Shown here: positions 47,279 through 55,743 of the stretch, in pieces
Layout of the letters: each line of letters begins with the position of its first letter
How positions within the stretch are numbered: the first letter of the stretch is position 1
Source: Treponema sp.
GTDB lineage: Bacteria > Spirochaetota > Spirochaetia > Treponematales > Treponemataceae
Assembly: GCA_045642665.1 (NCBI GenBank)
Contig: JAZUJH010000137.1
Span: 2,242 to 66,241, forward strand
Direction of reading: 5' to 3'
DNA: 64,000 nt
Notes under the pieces: model-generated
What the model was told of the DNA's origin: nothing
Database searches by the model: none
The model's input: only the letters and a program-made list of their open reading frames with translations
Program-made: the position numbers and the translations under genes

Positions 47279-48608
47279 CTTCCTGGTTCTCCTTTTTTAG
47301 TGTTTTTATTCTTTCGAGAAGAGGCGGATGGCTGTAGTTAAAGATGCAGTAAAGTTTGGGAGGTGTAAAGTCATTTAAGTTTTCCCTGTTAAGCTTTATG
47401 AGTGCTGTAATAAGATTTTTTTCTGTTCCGCAAAGTTCCTTTGCAAATTCGTCAGCCTGGAATTCATTTCTTCGGCTGAAGGTGTTTGAAACTAAATTTA
47501 TTATCGGAGAAAAACCTTTTAATATTTCTGCAATGAGCATTATTCCGGCGAACTGCAGGAAAATTATAAAGTTCGTCCATCCTTCAGGAATTATTTTTGA
47601 AGCAAAAACATCTGCCGTTGTCTGTGTTTCATTTGCAATGAGTCCGAATGAAAGGTAGATGTCCATATTCCATATAAGCTTGCTTGCAACAAACAGTGCA
47701 AGGAATATGCAAGGAATTGTTGCTGCAAGGTTTTTCTGTATGTGCTTCTTTTTGTAGTGCCCTAGCTCGTGTGCAAGAACAGCTTCAATTTCTGCTGGAC
47801 TGAGAGTCTTTATGAGGGTGTCATAGAGAACGATTCTTTTGCTCTTTCCGATTCCCGTAAAATAGGCATTGGAATGGGAACTTCTTTTTGATGCATCCAT
47901 TACAAAGATTCCTGTTGTCTTGAATCCTGTTTTCCTTAGAAGAGCTTCAAGACGTGTCTTCAGTTCTCCGTCTTCAAGTGGAGAAAACTTATTGAAGAGC
48001 GGTGCAATGAACATTGGATACAGAAAGGAAACTGCAAGTGAAAAGACGACATAAAAAATTCCTAAAAGCCACCACCAATGTTCTGAGAGGAACAAAAGAT
48101 TTATGCAGACTCCAATAATGATGGATTCCATGATGAATGTGATTATAAGGGATTTGACTATGTCCAGTATCCATTCCCTGACAGTTATTTTGCTGAATCC
48201 GAATTTCTTTTCGATTTTAAATTCATTGTAGATGTCAAAGGGAAGGTTTGCGATAAAGCTTATGCTCTGCAGGAGAATAAGAAATAATATCACGGCAAAA
48301 TAAGCATTGTTTGATACTGTGTGTGCAAGAAAGAAGAACTGAGAAAAGAAGAACAGAATAATCATGAGGTTGAGGAATGTTTCCGCAATGTTCCTTACAA
48401 CCCATAGGGCATATTTTTCATTTTTGTATTCGCAGGTCTGGATTATTTTTTCTTCGTCAACATAATCCATGAGTTCAGCAGGAATATTTGCACAGTGATG
48501 TTTCCTGTGGATGTATGAATAGAATTCAAGTATCTGGTTTAAAGTAAATTCTAAAAAAGTTCCTGCAATGAATAAAATATAGGGCCAAAAACATTTAATG
48601 CTGTTCAT
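47268..48608 (-). CDS. M48 family zinc metalloprotease (Ste24-like)
   Basis: DASKRSSHSNAYFTG, LYDTL, VLAHELGH, EFQADEFA, YSHPPLLERI. Confidence 0.93.
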   Translation of the reverse strand: MNSIKCFWPYILFIAGTFLEFTLNQILEFYSYIHRKHHCANIPAELMDYVDEEKIIQTCEYKNEKYALWVVRNIAETFLNLMIILFFFSQFFFLAHTVSNNAYFAVILFLILLQSISFIANLPFDIYNEFKIEKKFGFSKITVREWILDIVKSLIITFIMESIIIGVCINLLFLSEHWWWLLGIFYVVFSLAVSFLYPMFIAPLFNKFSPLEDGELKTRLEALLRKTGFKTTGIFVMDASKRSSHSNAYFTGIGKSKRIVLYDTLIKTLSPAEIEAVLAHELGHYKKKHIQKNLAATIPCIFLALFVASKLIWNMDIYLSFGLIANETQTTADVFASKIIPEGWTNFIIFLQFAGIMLIAEILKGFSPIINLVSNTFSRRNEFQADEFAKELCGTEKNLITALIKLNRENLNDFTPPKLYCIFNYSHPPLLERIKTLKKENQEDEK

Positions 48609-48618
48609 AGTTACGGAT

Positions 48619-48648
48619 ATTATAACAAATACAACAAAATAATGTCAA
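48619..48648 (-). promoter_or_regulatory. Promoter TTGACA-N18-TATAAT (extended TG) for the M48 gene
   Basis: Read directly; ATG follows after 10 nt, no SD. Confidence 0.6.
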
Positions 48649-48766
48649 ATTGTTTACTGAATTACGTATAAGCATGTAAATATATTCACGGCAATGTCAA
48701 ATAAGTGTATAAATTTTCATTTTTTTTATAATTGAATGAAAGTTATATTTTTGCTATAATATGGTA

Positions 48767-48781
48767 TACAATTTAATTGTG
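48767..48781. promoter_or_regulatory. OhrR-type operator TACAATT-T-AATTGTG
   Basis: One mismatch from the B. subtilis OhrR box TACAATT-N-AATTGTA; just downstream of TATAAT (48755-48760). Confidence 0.7.
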
Positions 48782-48795
48782 ATGAGGAAATATGA

Positions 48796-49242
48796 ATGAG
48801 TGAAGATAAATTTGACTGTCTTAAACTTCGTAACCAGTTGTGTTTTTCCCTTTATGCCTGCTCGAAGGAAATCATTAAGCGTTATAAGCCTATGCTCGAT
48901 GAGCTGGACCTGACTTATACCCAGTATCTTACAATGATGGTGCTCTGGGAAAGGAAGCAGATGAATGTAAAGGAACTTGGAAATTATTTGTATCTCGACA
49001 GCGGAACTTTGACTCCCGTACTGAAAAAACTTGAGGGAAAGAATTATATTACCCGCGCAAGAATGAAGGAAGATGAAAGAAATGTTCTTATCTCCATTAC
49101 TGAGGAAGGTGAATCCCTGAAAGAAAAAGCTGTAAGCATTCCTGCAAGAATGTGTTCCTGTGTTAATCTTGACAGAGAAGACGGACAGAATCTTCATGGT
49201 CTTCTGCAAAAAGTTCTTGAAGGCTTCAGGGAAGATAACTGA
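48796..49242 (+). CDS. ohrR: MarR-family organic-peroxide sensor, OhrR-like
   Basis: QLCFSLY with the conserved sensing Cys, LTYTQYL, YLDSGTLTPVLKKLE, DERNV. Confidence 0.8.
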   Translation: MSEDKFDCLKLRNQLCFSLYACSKEIIKRYKPMLDELDLTYTQYLTMMVLWERKQMNVKELGNYLYLDSGTLTPVLKKLEGKNYITRARMKEDERNVLISITEEGESLKEKAVSIPARMCSCVNLDREDGQNLHGLLQKVLEGFREDN

Positions 49243-50075
49243 TGGATCTTGTGAATGCTCCAAAACCTTTTCTCTTCAGGCTTGACGAGCTTATGGTCCG
49301 CCAGAAATATAGCACTTATCGTTCAGTGAGAAGGCTTCTGATCAGAAGCACTGTGTGTGTAAACGGCAGACAGGTTATTGAGGCGGGAACAATGATTGAT
49401 CCCCGCTATGATGTTGTGACTGTTGACGGCGAGGTGTTTCCTCTTAAGGGTGACATTTATCTGATGATGAACAAAAAGCAGGACACTGTATGCACAAGTG
49501 ATGAAGGGCAGCATGAAAGGGTTTTCCGGTCTGTTGCGCCTGAATATATTAATCCTGAATTCCTGGGAAAGCTTCATACGGTTGGAAGGCTTGACCTTGA
49601 TACGGAAGGTCTTCTGATTCTTACAACCAACGGCAAACTTTCTCACTGGCTTACGGATCCTATGTTTCATCATACGAAGAAATATTTTGTATGTCTGAGG
49701 GATGAACTTAATGCCGAAGAGAAACTTGAATATGAGCGGAAAATAGCTGAAGGTTTTTATATTGAGCCCGAAAAGAAGGCCCCTGCCTTTACCTGCAAGC
49801 CTGCAGAGATTCAGTGGATAGATGATGCGGAGAATAATCCTTACTGTAACCTGAGAACTTCATCTGATGAAATGGACTACAGGTTTACTGCATGCGTTCT
49901 TACCCTGACTGAAGGCAAGTTTCATCAGGTCAAGAGAATGTTCAGCACTTTGGGCAATCATGTAATTTTTCTGAAGCGCATTTCAATGGGGCGTCTGTAC
50001 CTTGATACATCTCTCAGGACCGGAGAATACAGGCATCTTACAGAAGAAGAGCTTGAACTCCTTCTGACTGTGTGA
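49242..50075 (+). CDS. RsuA-family rRNA pseudouridine synthase
   Basis: S4-like N-terminus, VGRLDLDTEGLLILT, TEGKFHQVKRMF; TGATG overlap with ohrR. Confidence 0.9.
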   Translation: MDLVNAPKPFLFRLDELMVRQKYSTYRSVRRLLIRSTVCVNGRQVIEAGTMIDPRYDVVTVDGEVFPLKGDIYLMMNKKQDTVCTSDEGQHERVFRSVAPEYINPEFLGKLHTVGRLDLDTEGLLILTTNGKLSHWLTDPMFHHTKKYFVCLRDELNAEEKLEYERKIAEGFYIEPEKKAPAFTCKPAEIQWIDDAENNPYCNLRTSSDEMDYRFTACVLTLTEGKFHQVKRMFSTLGNHVIFLKRISMGRLYLDTSLRTGEYRHLTEEELELLLTV

Positions 50076-50111
50076 AGGCGTTTCCTGAAGACTTTATGCA
50101 AAATGTCCCTC

Positions 50112-50149
50112 CGAGTTTAAAACTGACATCCTGTACGGTTTTAAACATC
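50112..50149 (-). repeat. Reversed, degenerate relic of the family-C central hairpin
   Basis: CGAGTTTAAAACTG...CGGTTTTAAACATC matches the reverse complement of the C middle segment. Confidence 0.6.
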
Positions 50150-50170
50150 GGCTTTCTGGGATTCCCTGAA

Positions 50171-51178
50171 TTATTTGCTAATCAATGATGCAGCAGGGAT
50201 TTTGCAGGTATAAGTCAGCGGAAGGTTTACTGCGTTTGAAAGTTCCGGGAAGCTTAATGAGCTTGAAAGATTGAAGTCAGGGTTCGTTATGCTTTTGTTT
50301 ATGAACTGTTCAATAAGGTCCACCGAGTTCATGGTATTCAGCTTTGCTGTCATAGGAACAGAGCCTTCTGAAGAGGATATTGTGTTTGTTCCGCTCGGGG
50401 TTATGGAAGCAACAGTTCCGTTTGCTGATGTCATGTTACAGGTGTTCACTGTAAATTTCCATGGAGCTCCGCCTTCGTTTTTTACGTTCAGGTTGAAGTT
50501 TATTTTTATGTCAAGGTTGACCTTTTTTAACAGCGAAGTATCAATGCCGTTGCCGCTTGTTATGGAACTTAGCATATTTGCAGCGGTTCCTGTATTCATT
50601 CCGCTTTTAAGGAGAACATTCAGAATAGTCTGGGAGTCCGGGAGGGTGACTGACGGGTTTGAAATGCTGAAACTTGGTTTGAAAACAGGCACGTCGAATC
50701 CGACGGAAAAAGGAAGGTTCACGGTACTTGAAACTGCTGAAATAACAGGAACGGAACTTACATCAAGACCTGCGGCTCCTTCAATCTTGAAAGGGATATA
50801 TGCACTGGCAGCAGAATTCTTTGCATAGCCGATTATTGTTTCGTAAGGAACCTTGAATGAGACATTGTTTCTTTCTGTTCCCATGGCCCTTACCCTGGCA
50901 CCTTCATTGGCTGTAATCTTTGTAAAGGTTCCCTGGCTTGTGCTTACATTTGCATTAAGGGATTTTATTGAAAGTTCTGCCGGATAAGGATTTGTAATGC
51001 TGTAGGCGCAGTTGAAGGTTATGCCTTCCATGTCAAGGTTCTTGATGATTACGCTGTTTACAGAAAGAGTAGGTTTTTCAACCCTGAAGTCTGAAGACTG
51101 GCAGGAAACGAAAAGTCCTGCGGCAATGGCAATGGAGGCAGCAGCCTCTAATCTGATTCTTAAAAACAATTTTTTCAT
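50171..51178 (-). CDS. LEA type-2 family lipoprotein (two LEA2 domains)
   Basis: Lipobox LFVS-C; ITNPYP...SFKVPY and a second NEGG...PMT repeat. Confidence 0.65.
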   Translation of the reverse strand: MKKLFLRIRLEAAASIAIAAGLFVSCQSSDFRVEKPTLSVNSVIIKNLDMEGITFNCAYSITNPYPAELSIKSLNANVSTSQGTFTKITANEGARVRAMGTERNNVSFKVPYETIIGYAKNSAASAYIPFKIEGAAGLDVSSVPVISAVSSTVNLPFSVGFDVPVFKPSFSISNPSVTLPDSQTILNVLLKSGMNTGTAANMLSSITSGNGIDTSLLKKVNLDIKINFNLNVKNEGGAPWKFTVNTCNMTSANGTVASITPSGTNTISSSEGSVPMTAKLNTMNSVDLIEQFINKSITNPDFNLSSSLSFPELSNAVNLPLTYTCKIPAASLISK

Positions 51179-51338
51179 GATACACTCCCTGAGATTTTTT
51201 TTATTACTATTATTGTATTACGGAATTTTTTAAAAGCAAACTTAAATTGAAGGTAATTTAAGTGATTTATTGCAGAATTCAGAAAAAAAAATACTTAATT
51301 AAGCCTGTTTGCAATTTTTTGTGCAATAAGCTGTTTCC

Positions 51339-51579
51339 GGTATCTCTGAAAATACTTTTAAGGATGCCTGCGGGTTCTGATTCCTGAAATTACAAGTCAT
51401 AAGATATTGTGTTCTTGAAGTCGTCCCCAAAAGCTTTAAGGGAACATCTAAAAAATTCAGTTTTTTAGAGGTAGCTTTAGAAATGTGATGCTTAAAACCG
51501 CGCCAATTCAGCAGTTTTAAACTCGACGGTGCACCTCAATTGGGGTTTATAGAGGTGCCCTTAATTTTTTGAGATTCAC
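51339..51579 (+). repeat. Family-B element interrupted by a family-C insertion
   Basis: B 5' part at 51339-51435. Removing C and one TTAA restores an ungapped B 3' end (24/35 identical to the 32664 copy). Confidence 0.75.
51440..51560 (+). mobile_element. Family-C MITE-like element, copy 2 (121 bp), TTAA on both sides
   Basis: GGGAACATCT...AGAGGTGCCC; TTAA at 51436-51439 and 51561-51564. Confidence 0.82.
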
Positions 51580-51612
51580 TATCTCCTGTTCCTCTTAATA
51601 AATCAGAGTGAT

Positions 51613-51641
51613 TTGAAAAACCCCTGCATATCTGTTATACT
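51613..51641 (+). promoter_or_regulatory. Promoter TTGAAA-N17-TATACT (extended TG), 7 nt before ATG 51649
   Basis: The TTG start in the ORF track is the -35 box. Confidence 0.65.
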
Positions 51642-51648
51642 TGGAGAT

Positions 51649-52443
51649 ATGAAAATTACACCGGATTATTCACTTATTTATGAAGATGATTCAATACTTG
51701 TATTGAACAAGCGTAGCGGTTTGCTTGTTGCCGCCGACCGTTATGATCCCGTTGCACCACGTCTTGATCTTCTTGCCTCAAAAGAATTCGGAGATCTTTT
51801 TGCCGTACACAGAATTGATAAAGATACCAGCGGTATTGTTATTTATGCAAGAACTGCCGAGGCCCATAAAAATCTTTCTCTCCAGTTCCAGAACCGTGAG
51901 GTGAAGAAGACTTATCACTGTCTTGTAAACGGTCATCCTCTGTGGAATGAACTTCATGTAGACCTTAAGCTTCTGCCTGACGGAGATGCAAAGCACCGTA
52001 CAATTGTAAACTCAAGGTCGGGAAAGGTTTCTGTCACTGACTTCAGGTCCGTAGGAAACTGCGGTCCTTATACATGGATAGAAGCTTGTCCTCATACAGG
52101 CAGGACTCATCAGATTCGTGTTCATCTTAGCGCAAACAATCTGACAATTGTTCGTGACCCTTTGTATTCAGGAAATCAGCATCCAGTTCTTCTTAGCGAC
52201 ATCAAGAAGAAGTGGAACGGAGATACGGAAGAAGAACGACCTCTTCTTGACCGTCTTGCCCTTCATGCATATTCAATTGAAATCACTCATCCTGAAACTG
52301 GTGAACGCGTACGCTATGTCGCCCCTTATCACCGTGACATGGAAGCTGTTCGCAAGCAGATTGCAAAGCTCTTTAAGGTTGATCCTGTTGCTTTCAGTGA
52401 AGCAAAGTATGCTGAGGAAGCTGGAAAAAAGGATTCGGAATAG
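51649..52443 (+). CDS. RluA-family pseudouridine synthase
   Basis: LNKRSGL, VHRIDKDTSG, HTGRTHQIRVH, RLALHAY. Confidence 0.92.
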   Translation: MKITPDYSLIYEDDSILVLNKRSGLLVAADRYDPVAPRLDLLASKEFGDLFAVHRIDKDTSGIVIYARTAEAHKNLSLQFQNREVKKTYHCLVNGHPLWNELHVDLKLLPDGDAKHRTIVNSRSGKVSVTDFRSVGNCGPYTWIEACPHTGRTHQIRVHLSANNLTIVRDPLYSGNQHPVLLSDIKKKWNGDTEEERPLLDRLALHAYSIEITHPETGERVRYVAPYHRDMEAVRKQIAKLFKVDPVAFSEAKYAEEAGKKDSE

Positions 52444-52452
52444 GAGCTGATT

Positions 52453-53448
52453 ATGACTGCACATTTTTCCAAAAAGAAAACTATCTTCACTATGATTTTA
52501 TGTGCAGCCATACCAATTTTTTCATTGGAATTTCCTGCCGCAAGTTTTGAAGTGACGCCTTTTTTTTCTTCAAGGCTCGGCTGGTATGGGGAACATTTGT
52601 ATACGAAAGTTAGGAATGCGGAACATCCAATGACCAGTTATCTTGAATGGCAGCAGAATTCAGTGTTCACTTTCGGTACAAAGGCTGAAGGCAGGATCAG
52701 TAATTTTTATTTGAACGGGGAATGCTCCTTCGGAATTCCTATGCGTACAGGTTTGATTTACGATTATGACTGGTTCATGAATACTAATATCTGCCAAAGC
52801 CTTTCAGTAGGTGAAGAAAATCTTATTAGGAGTTATGATTTTGGCGGAAGTATTTCTTATCTTTTTCCCCTGAAGCATCTTGATTTCATGATTTCAGCTG
52901 GCTGTTCATACGCTTATGTTTATTTCGACAGTCCTGAAAATCAGTATGGAAGAGCGGATCCTCATAGGGGTGATTCTGACGTAATATCTTATGATTCTGA
53001 AGAGGCCGTTATTTTTTCGACTTGCCATCTTTCTTATGAACGTTATACTTTTTATTCCTGGCTGGGAGGAGAATTCAGATACCATCCTTCAGATAAGCTG
53101 TCGTTTAATTTAGCTTTCAGCCTCTCTCCATATTCCTCTACAGAATCTGAAGATCATCATGATTATGATAATGATTATGATGCTGATTCCGGGGAATATT
53201 TTCAGGATGTTTGCAGCGGTTTTTTTTGGGCATATAAGTTTAGTGCCGGCTGCAGATATTATTTTTCAAAATATGCGGGAGCTTATACAGGTGCCCGGAT
53301 AGTTTATATGCCGCCGATTTATGGCAGAACTTATACATCCGGGCATTCCCGTGTGCTTGGCTCGTTAAGTTCCGCGGATTATGTCGGTGCAAGTGAATTT
53401 ACCTGTACATTTTTTGCTGGAATAATTTTCAGAGTCAGTAATTTTTAA
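52453..53448 (+). CDS. Omptin-family outer-membrane protease
   Basis: SYLEW (OmpT SQLDW), GLIYDYDW (D-x-D-W) and SEDHH (D-x-H) match the OmpT catalytic pairs; beta-strand pattern; terminal F. Confidence 0.65.
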   Translation: MTAHFSKKKTIFTMILCAAIPIFSLEFPAASFEVTPFFSSRLGWYGEHLYTKVRNAEHPMTSYLEWQQNSVFTFGTKAEGRISNFYLNGECSFGIPMRTGLIYDYDWFMNTNICQSLSVGEENLIRSYDFGGSISYLFPLKHLDFMISAGCSYAYVYFDSPENQYGRADPHRGDSDVISYDSEEAVIFSTCHLSYERYTFYSWLGGEFRYHPSDKLSFNLAFSLSPYSSTESEDHHDYDNDYDADSGEYFQDVCSGFFWAYKFSAGCRYYFSKYAGAYTGARIVYMPPIYGRTYTSGHSRVLGSLSSADYVGASEFTCTFFAGIIFRVSNF

Positions 53449-53508
53449 CGGAAACCATTTACTTTCATTAGGGCATCCCTGTAAATTCCCTGAAAAGAAT
53501 AAATGATA

Positions 53509-53631
53509 AGGGCATCTATAAAAATTACTTTTTAGAAATGCCGACGAGTTCTGATGCCTGAAATTACAATGCTTAAAGCATCGTATTTTTTTTAGTACCC
53601 TTCAAAAATTGTAATTTCTGGATGTTCCCAT
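53509..53631 (+). repeat. Family-B element, full copy; extra terminal half-site at 53470-53480
   Basis: AGGGCATCTATAAAAA..TTTTTAGAAATGCCGACGAGTTCTGATGCCTGAAATTACA...AAAAATTGTAATTTCTGGATGTTCCC. Confidence 0.82.
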
Positions 53632-53876
53632 AAAATTTAAGAACGAATGAATCATTTGATGAAGATGAACGGTCATCAAAATTGAGTGAACCGGGAGATT
53701 CACTCAAAAAGTTGAATAAAGTAACGGAACGGGAAATCTTCATAGAAACCAGGACTCCGCCGCCGTACATAACCTGCTTTCGGATTTATGACAAATTCTC
53801 CTGACGGCATTACGGTTCGTTGCATCGGAAAAAACGGTCTGCATCTTGGGGATGCCCTTAATATTTTACCGGAATC

Positions 53877-55403
53877 TTAAAGTTCGCTTGCAATGGTCTT
53901 AACTCTTTCCGATGAACTTGAAATGTTTTCTGTTGCCTGGCTGAAGCTTTCGATTCCGTCTGCTATCTGCTTCAGGGTAATGAATATCTGTTCGCTGGTA
54001 GTTGAAAGCTGTCGTATGTAAGAAATAATATCCTTGCTGCTTTCTGCTGTAATCTCTGACGACTTTTTGATGCTTTCGAATTTAGATTCCAGAGTTTTTG
54101 CACGGTTGTATCCTTCTTCTATTTTTACGGTACCCTTTTTGCTGGTAAAGATGAGTGTATCGGAAGCTTTCTGTATTTCCTCAATCTTTTCCTTGATTTC
54201 ATGGGTCCCGTCAATGATGTTATCAGAAAGTCGTCGCACTTCTGTAGCAACGATATGGAAATTCTTTCCAGATTCCCCTGCCGAGCTGGCTTCAAGTTCC
54301 GCATTGAAGGCAATGATTTTTGCTGTATCCGCAATGTCGTTGATGAGAGAAACAATGTCCCAGACTCGTTCTATCTTGACTCCAAGATTTTTGATTCCCT
54401 CTATCGTAGATTTATTGCATTCCATTATTTCAAGAAGTCCCTGAGCATTTTCATCAAGGGCAATGACACCTGCAATGACATCGTTCCTTGATTTTTCTGC
54501 GTGCTCGCTTACGCTCCGTACTTTTTTGTCTATGTTGTCATTCAGCTCTGAATTTCCCTGCATGGTTGCAACAATTTCTTTTACAGCCGCATTCTGGTCC
54601 TGGCTTGTGCTGGCTGACTGTTTTGTTGCAACGGCAAGATTTTCTGTCTCTTCATGCAGTACCCGGCTGACTTCAGCTTCATTGTTCTGCATTCTCTTGA
54701 TGAGGAGCCTGTACATTATCCAGCACCCCAGAACCGTAAGTGCAGCTCCTATTGTTGCATACAGGCCGTATGTCTGCATCGGGGCCGGACGTGGACTCAG
54801 AATAAGACCTTCCGAAACAAGCGTCATGTTCATGATGCACATATATATGATGCAGACAACTGTTGCCGAAAGTATGCTTGATAAGCTGTTCTTAATGTTC
54901 CTTACACCAACTTTCCGTAGAATTTTTGTCATTTCAATTCTCTTGACGCAGAAAACAATTATCACAAAGTTCAGGAAACCGAATCCTACTGACTGCATGA
55001 TTATCTGGATAATCAGTATTATGCTGAAAGGTTCAGGGGCTGCCATGGATTCGGATATAACGGAATAACCTGAACCTAAAACGAAACCTATTGTTTCTGT
55101 AACGGCTACTCCAATGTCAAAGTTTTTATAGCTTTTCATGCAGGCTTCAATTTCTGTGGGAGTAAGTTCACGTTTTTCACGGAGTGCTTTGTCTGTGTAC
55201 ATGATGAATGGTTTAAGAACTCTTCTTTGTACCAGACTTACAATGATGTATAGAAGCATTGAGACAAGACATACTTTTCCACAGCCTGTTATTATTTCAA
55301 TAGGTTTTTCATAGATGAATGCGAAATGGAATATTCTTAGGTAGAATACTCCTATAAAAGTTGTGGCAAAAAGGTAAATTAAAAATTTTTTGTATACTGT
55401 CAT
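53877..55403 (-). CDS. Methyl-accepting chemotaxis protein with a multi-TM N-terminus
   Basis: IADTAKIIAFNAELEASSAGESGKNFHIVATEVRRLS signalling hairpin. Start moved to ATG 55403. Confidence 0.88.
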   Translation of the reverse strand: MTVYKKFLIYLFATTFIGVFYLRIFHFAFIYEKPIEIITGCGKVCLVSMLLYIIVSLVQRRVLKPFIMYTDKALREKRELTPTEIEACMKSYKNFDIGVAVTETIGFVLGSGYSVISESMAAPEPFSIILIIQIIMQSVGFGFLNFVIIVFCVKRIEMTKILRKVGVRNIKNSLSSILSATVVCIIYMCIMNMTLVSEGLILSPRPAPMQTYGLYATIGAALTVLGCWIMYRLLIKRMQNNEAEVSRVLHEETENLAVATKQSASTSQDQNAAVKEIVATMQGNSELNDNIDKKVRSVSEHAEKSRNDVIAGVIALDENAQGLLEIMECNKSTIEGIKNLGVKIERVWDIVSLINDIADTAKIIAFNAELEASSAGESGKNFHIVATEVRRLSDNIIDGTHEIKEKIEEIQKASDTLIFTSKKGTVKIEEGYNRAKTLESKFESIKKSSEITAESSKDIISYIRQLSTTSEQIFITLKQIADGIESFSQATENISSSSERVKTIASEL

Positions 55404-55618
55404 ACTTGAGACTATAACGCAATTTATAATATTGACTACCTTAAATTTATTTTTTGGTACATGTGGCATACAAAAAGTCCTGTTCCATGATAAAATTCCG
55501 GGAGGATAGTGTTTTAAGTTGTTGCATATCAATGAGTAATAGTATCTGGTAAGTTAGGGGCGTAAATCATTGGCTGTTCATTCTTCAGTGACGGCTGTGC
55601 GGATGAAAGATTTGTATA

Positions 55619-55653
55619 AGGGCAATCCAGAAAAATCTTTTCAGGGATTCCCT
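55619..55653. repeat. Short family-A palindrome
   Basis: AGGGCAATCCAGAAAAA/TTTTCAGGGATTCCCT, flanked by TA. Confidence 0.65.
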
Positions 55654-55743
55654 TATTTTTTTTTCAAATCAGGCAATCCGTGGTATAATTTTTTAGAGAA
55701 GTCCAAGAATTAATTTGGAAAGTTTAATGAGAGGAGCGTAAAC

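Noticed and set aside
23335-53631. Repeats as a CRISPR array
   Set aside because: Copies are dispersed kilobases apart with no regular repeat-spacer period and no cas genes.
32664-53631. Repeats as integron attC sites (T. denticola has a chromosomal integron)
   Set aside because: No RYYYAAC/GTTRRRY ends, no tandem co-oriented cassettes, no intI; the flanking genes are housekeeping operons.
53640-53860. Candidate sRNA or ORF between the omptin and MCP genes
   Set aside because: Two hairpins (53655-53680, 53682-53707) are adequately explained as terminators of convergent genes. No SRP, 6S, tmRNA or RNase P motifs recognised; the 65-aa ORF overlaps element B.
4230-55532. Longest-ORF starts in the track (4230, 7724, 14034, 18183, 24415, 42113, 51613, 55532) and 63955 for purL
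   Set aside because: Downstream ATGs have better SD or promoter support and match family N-termini; the purL frame continues past the window edge.
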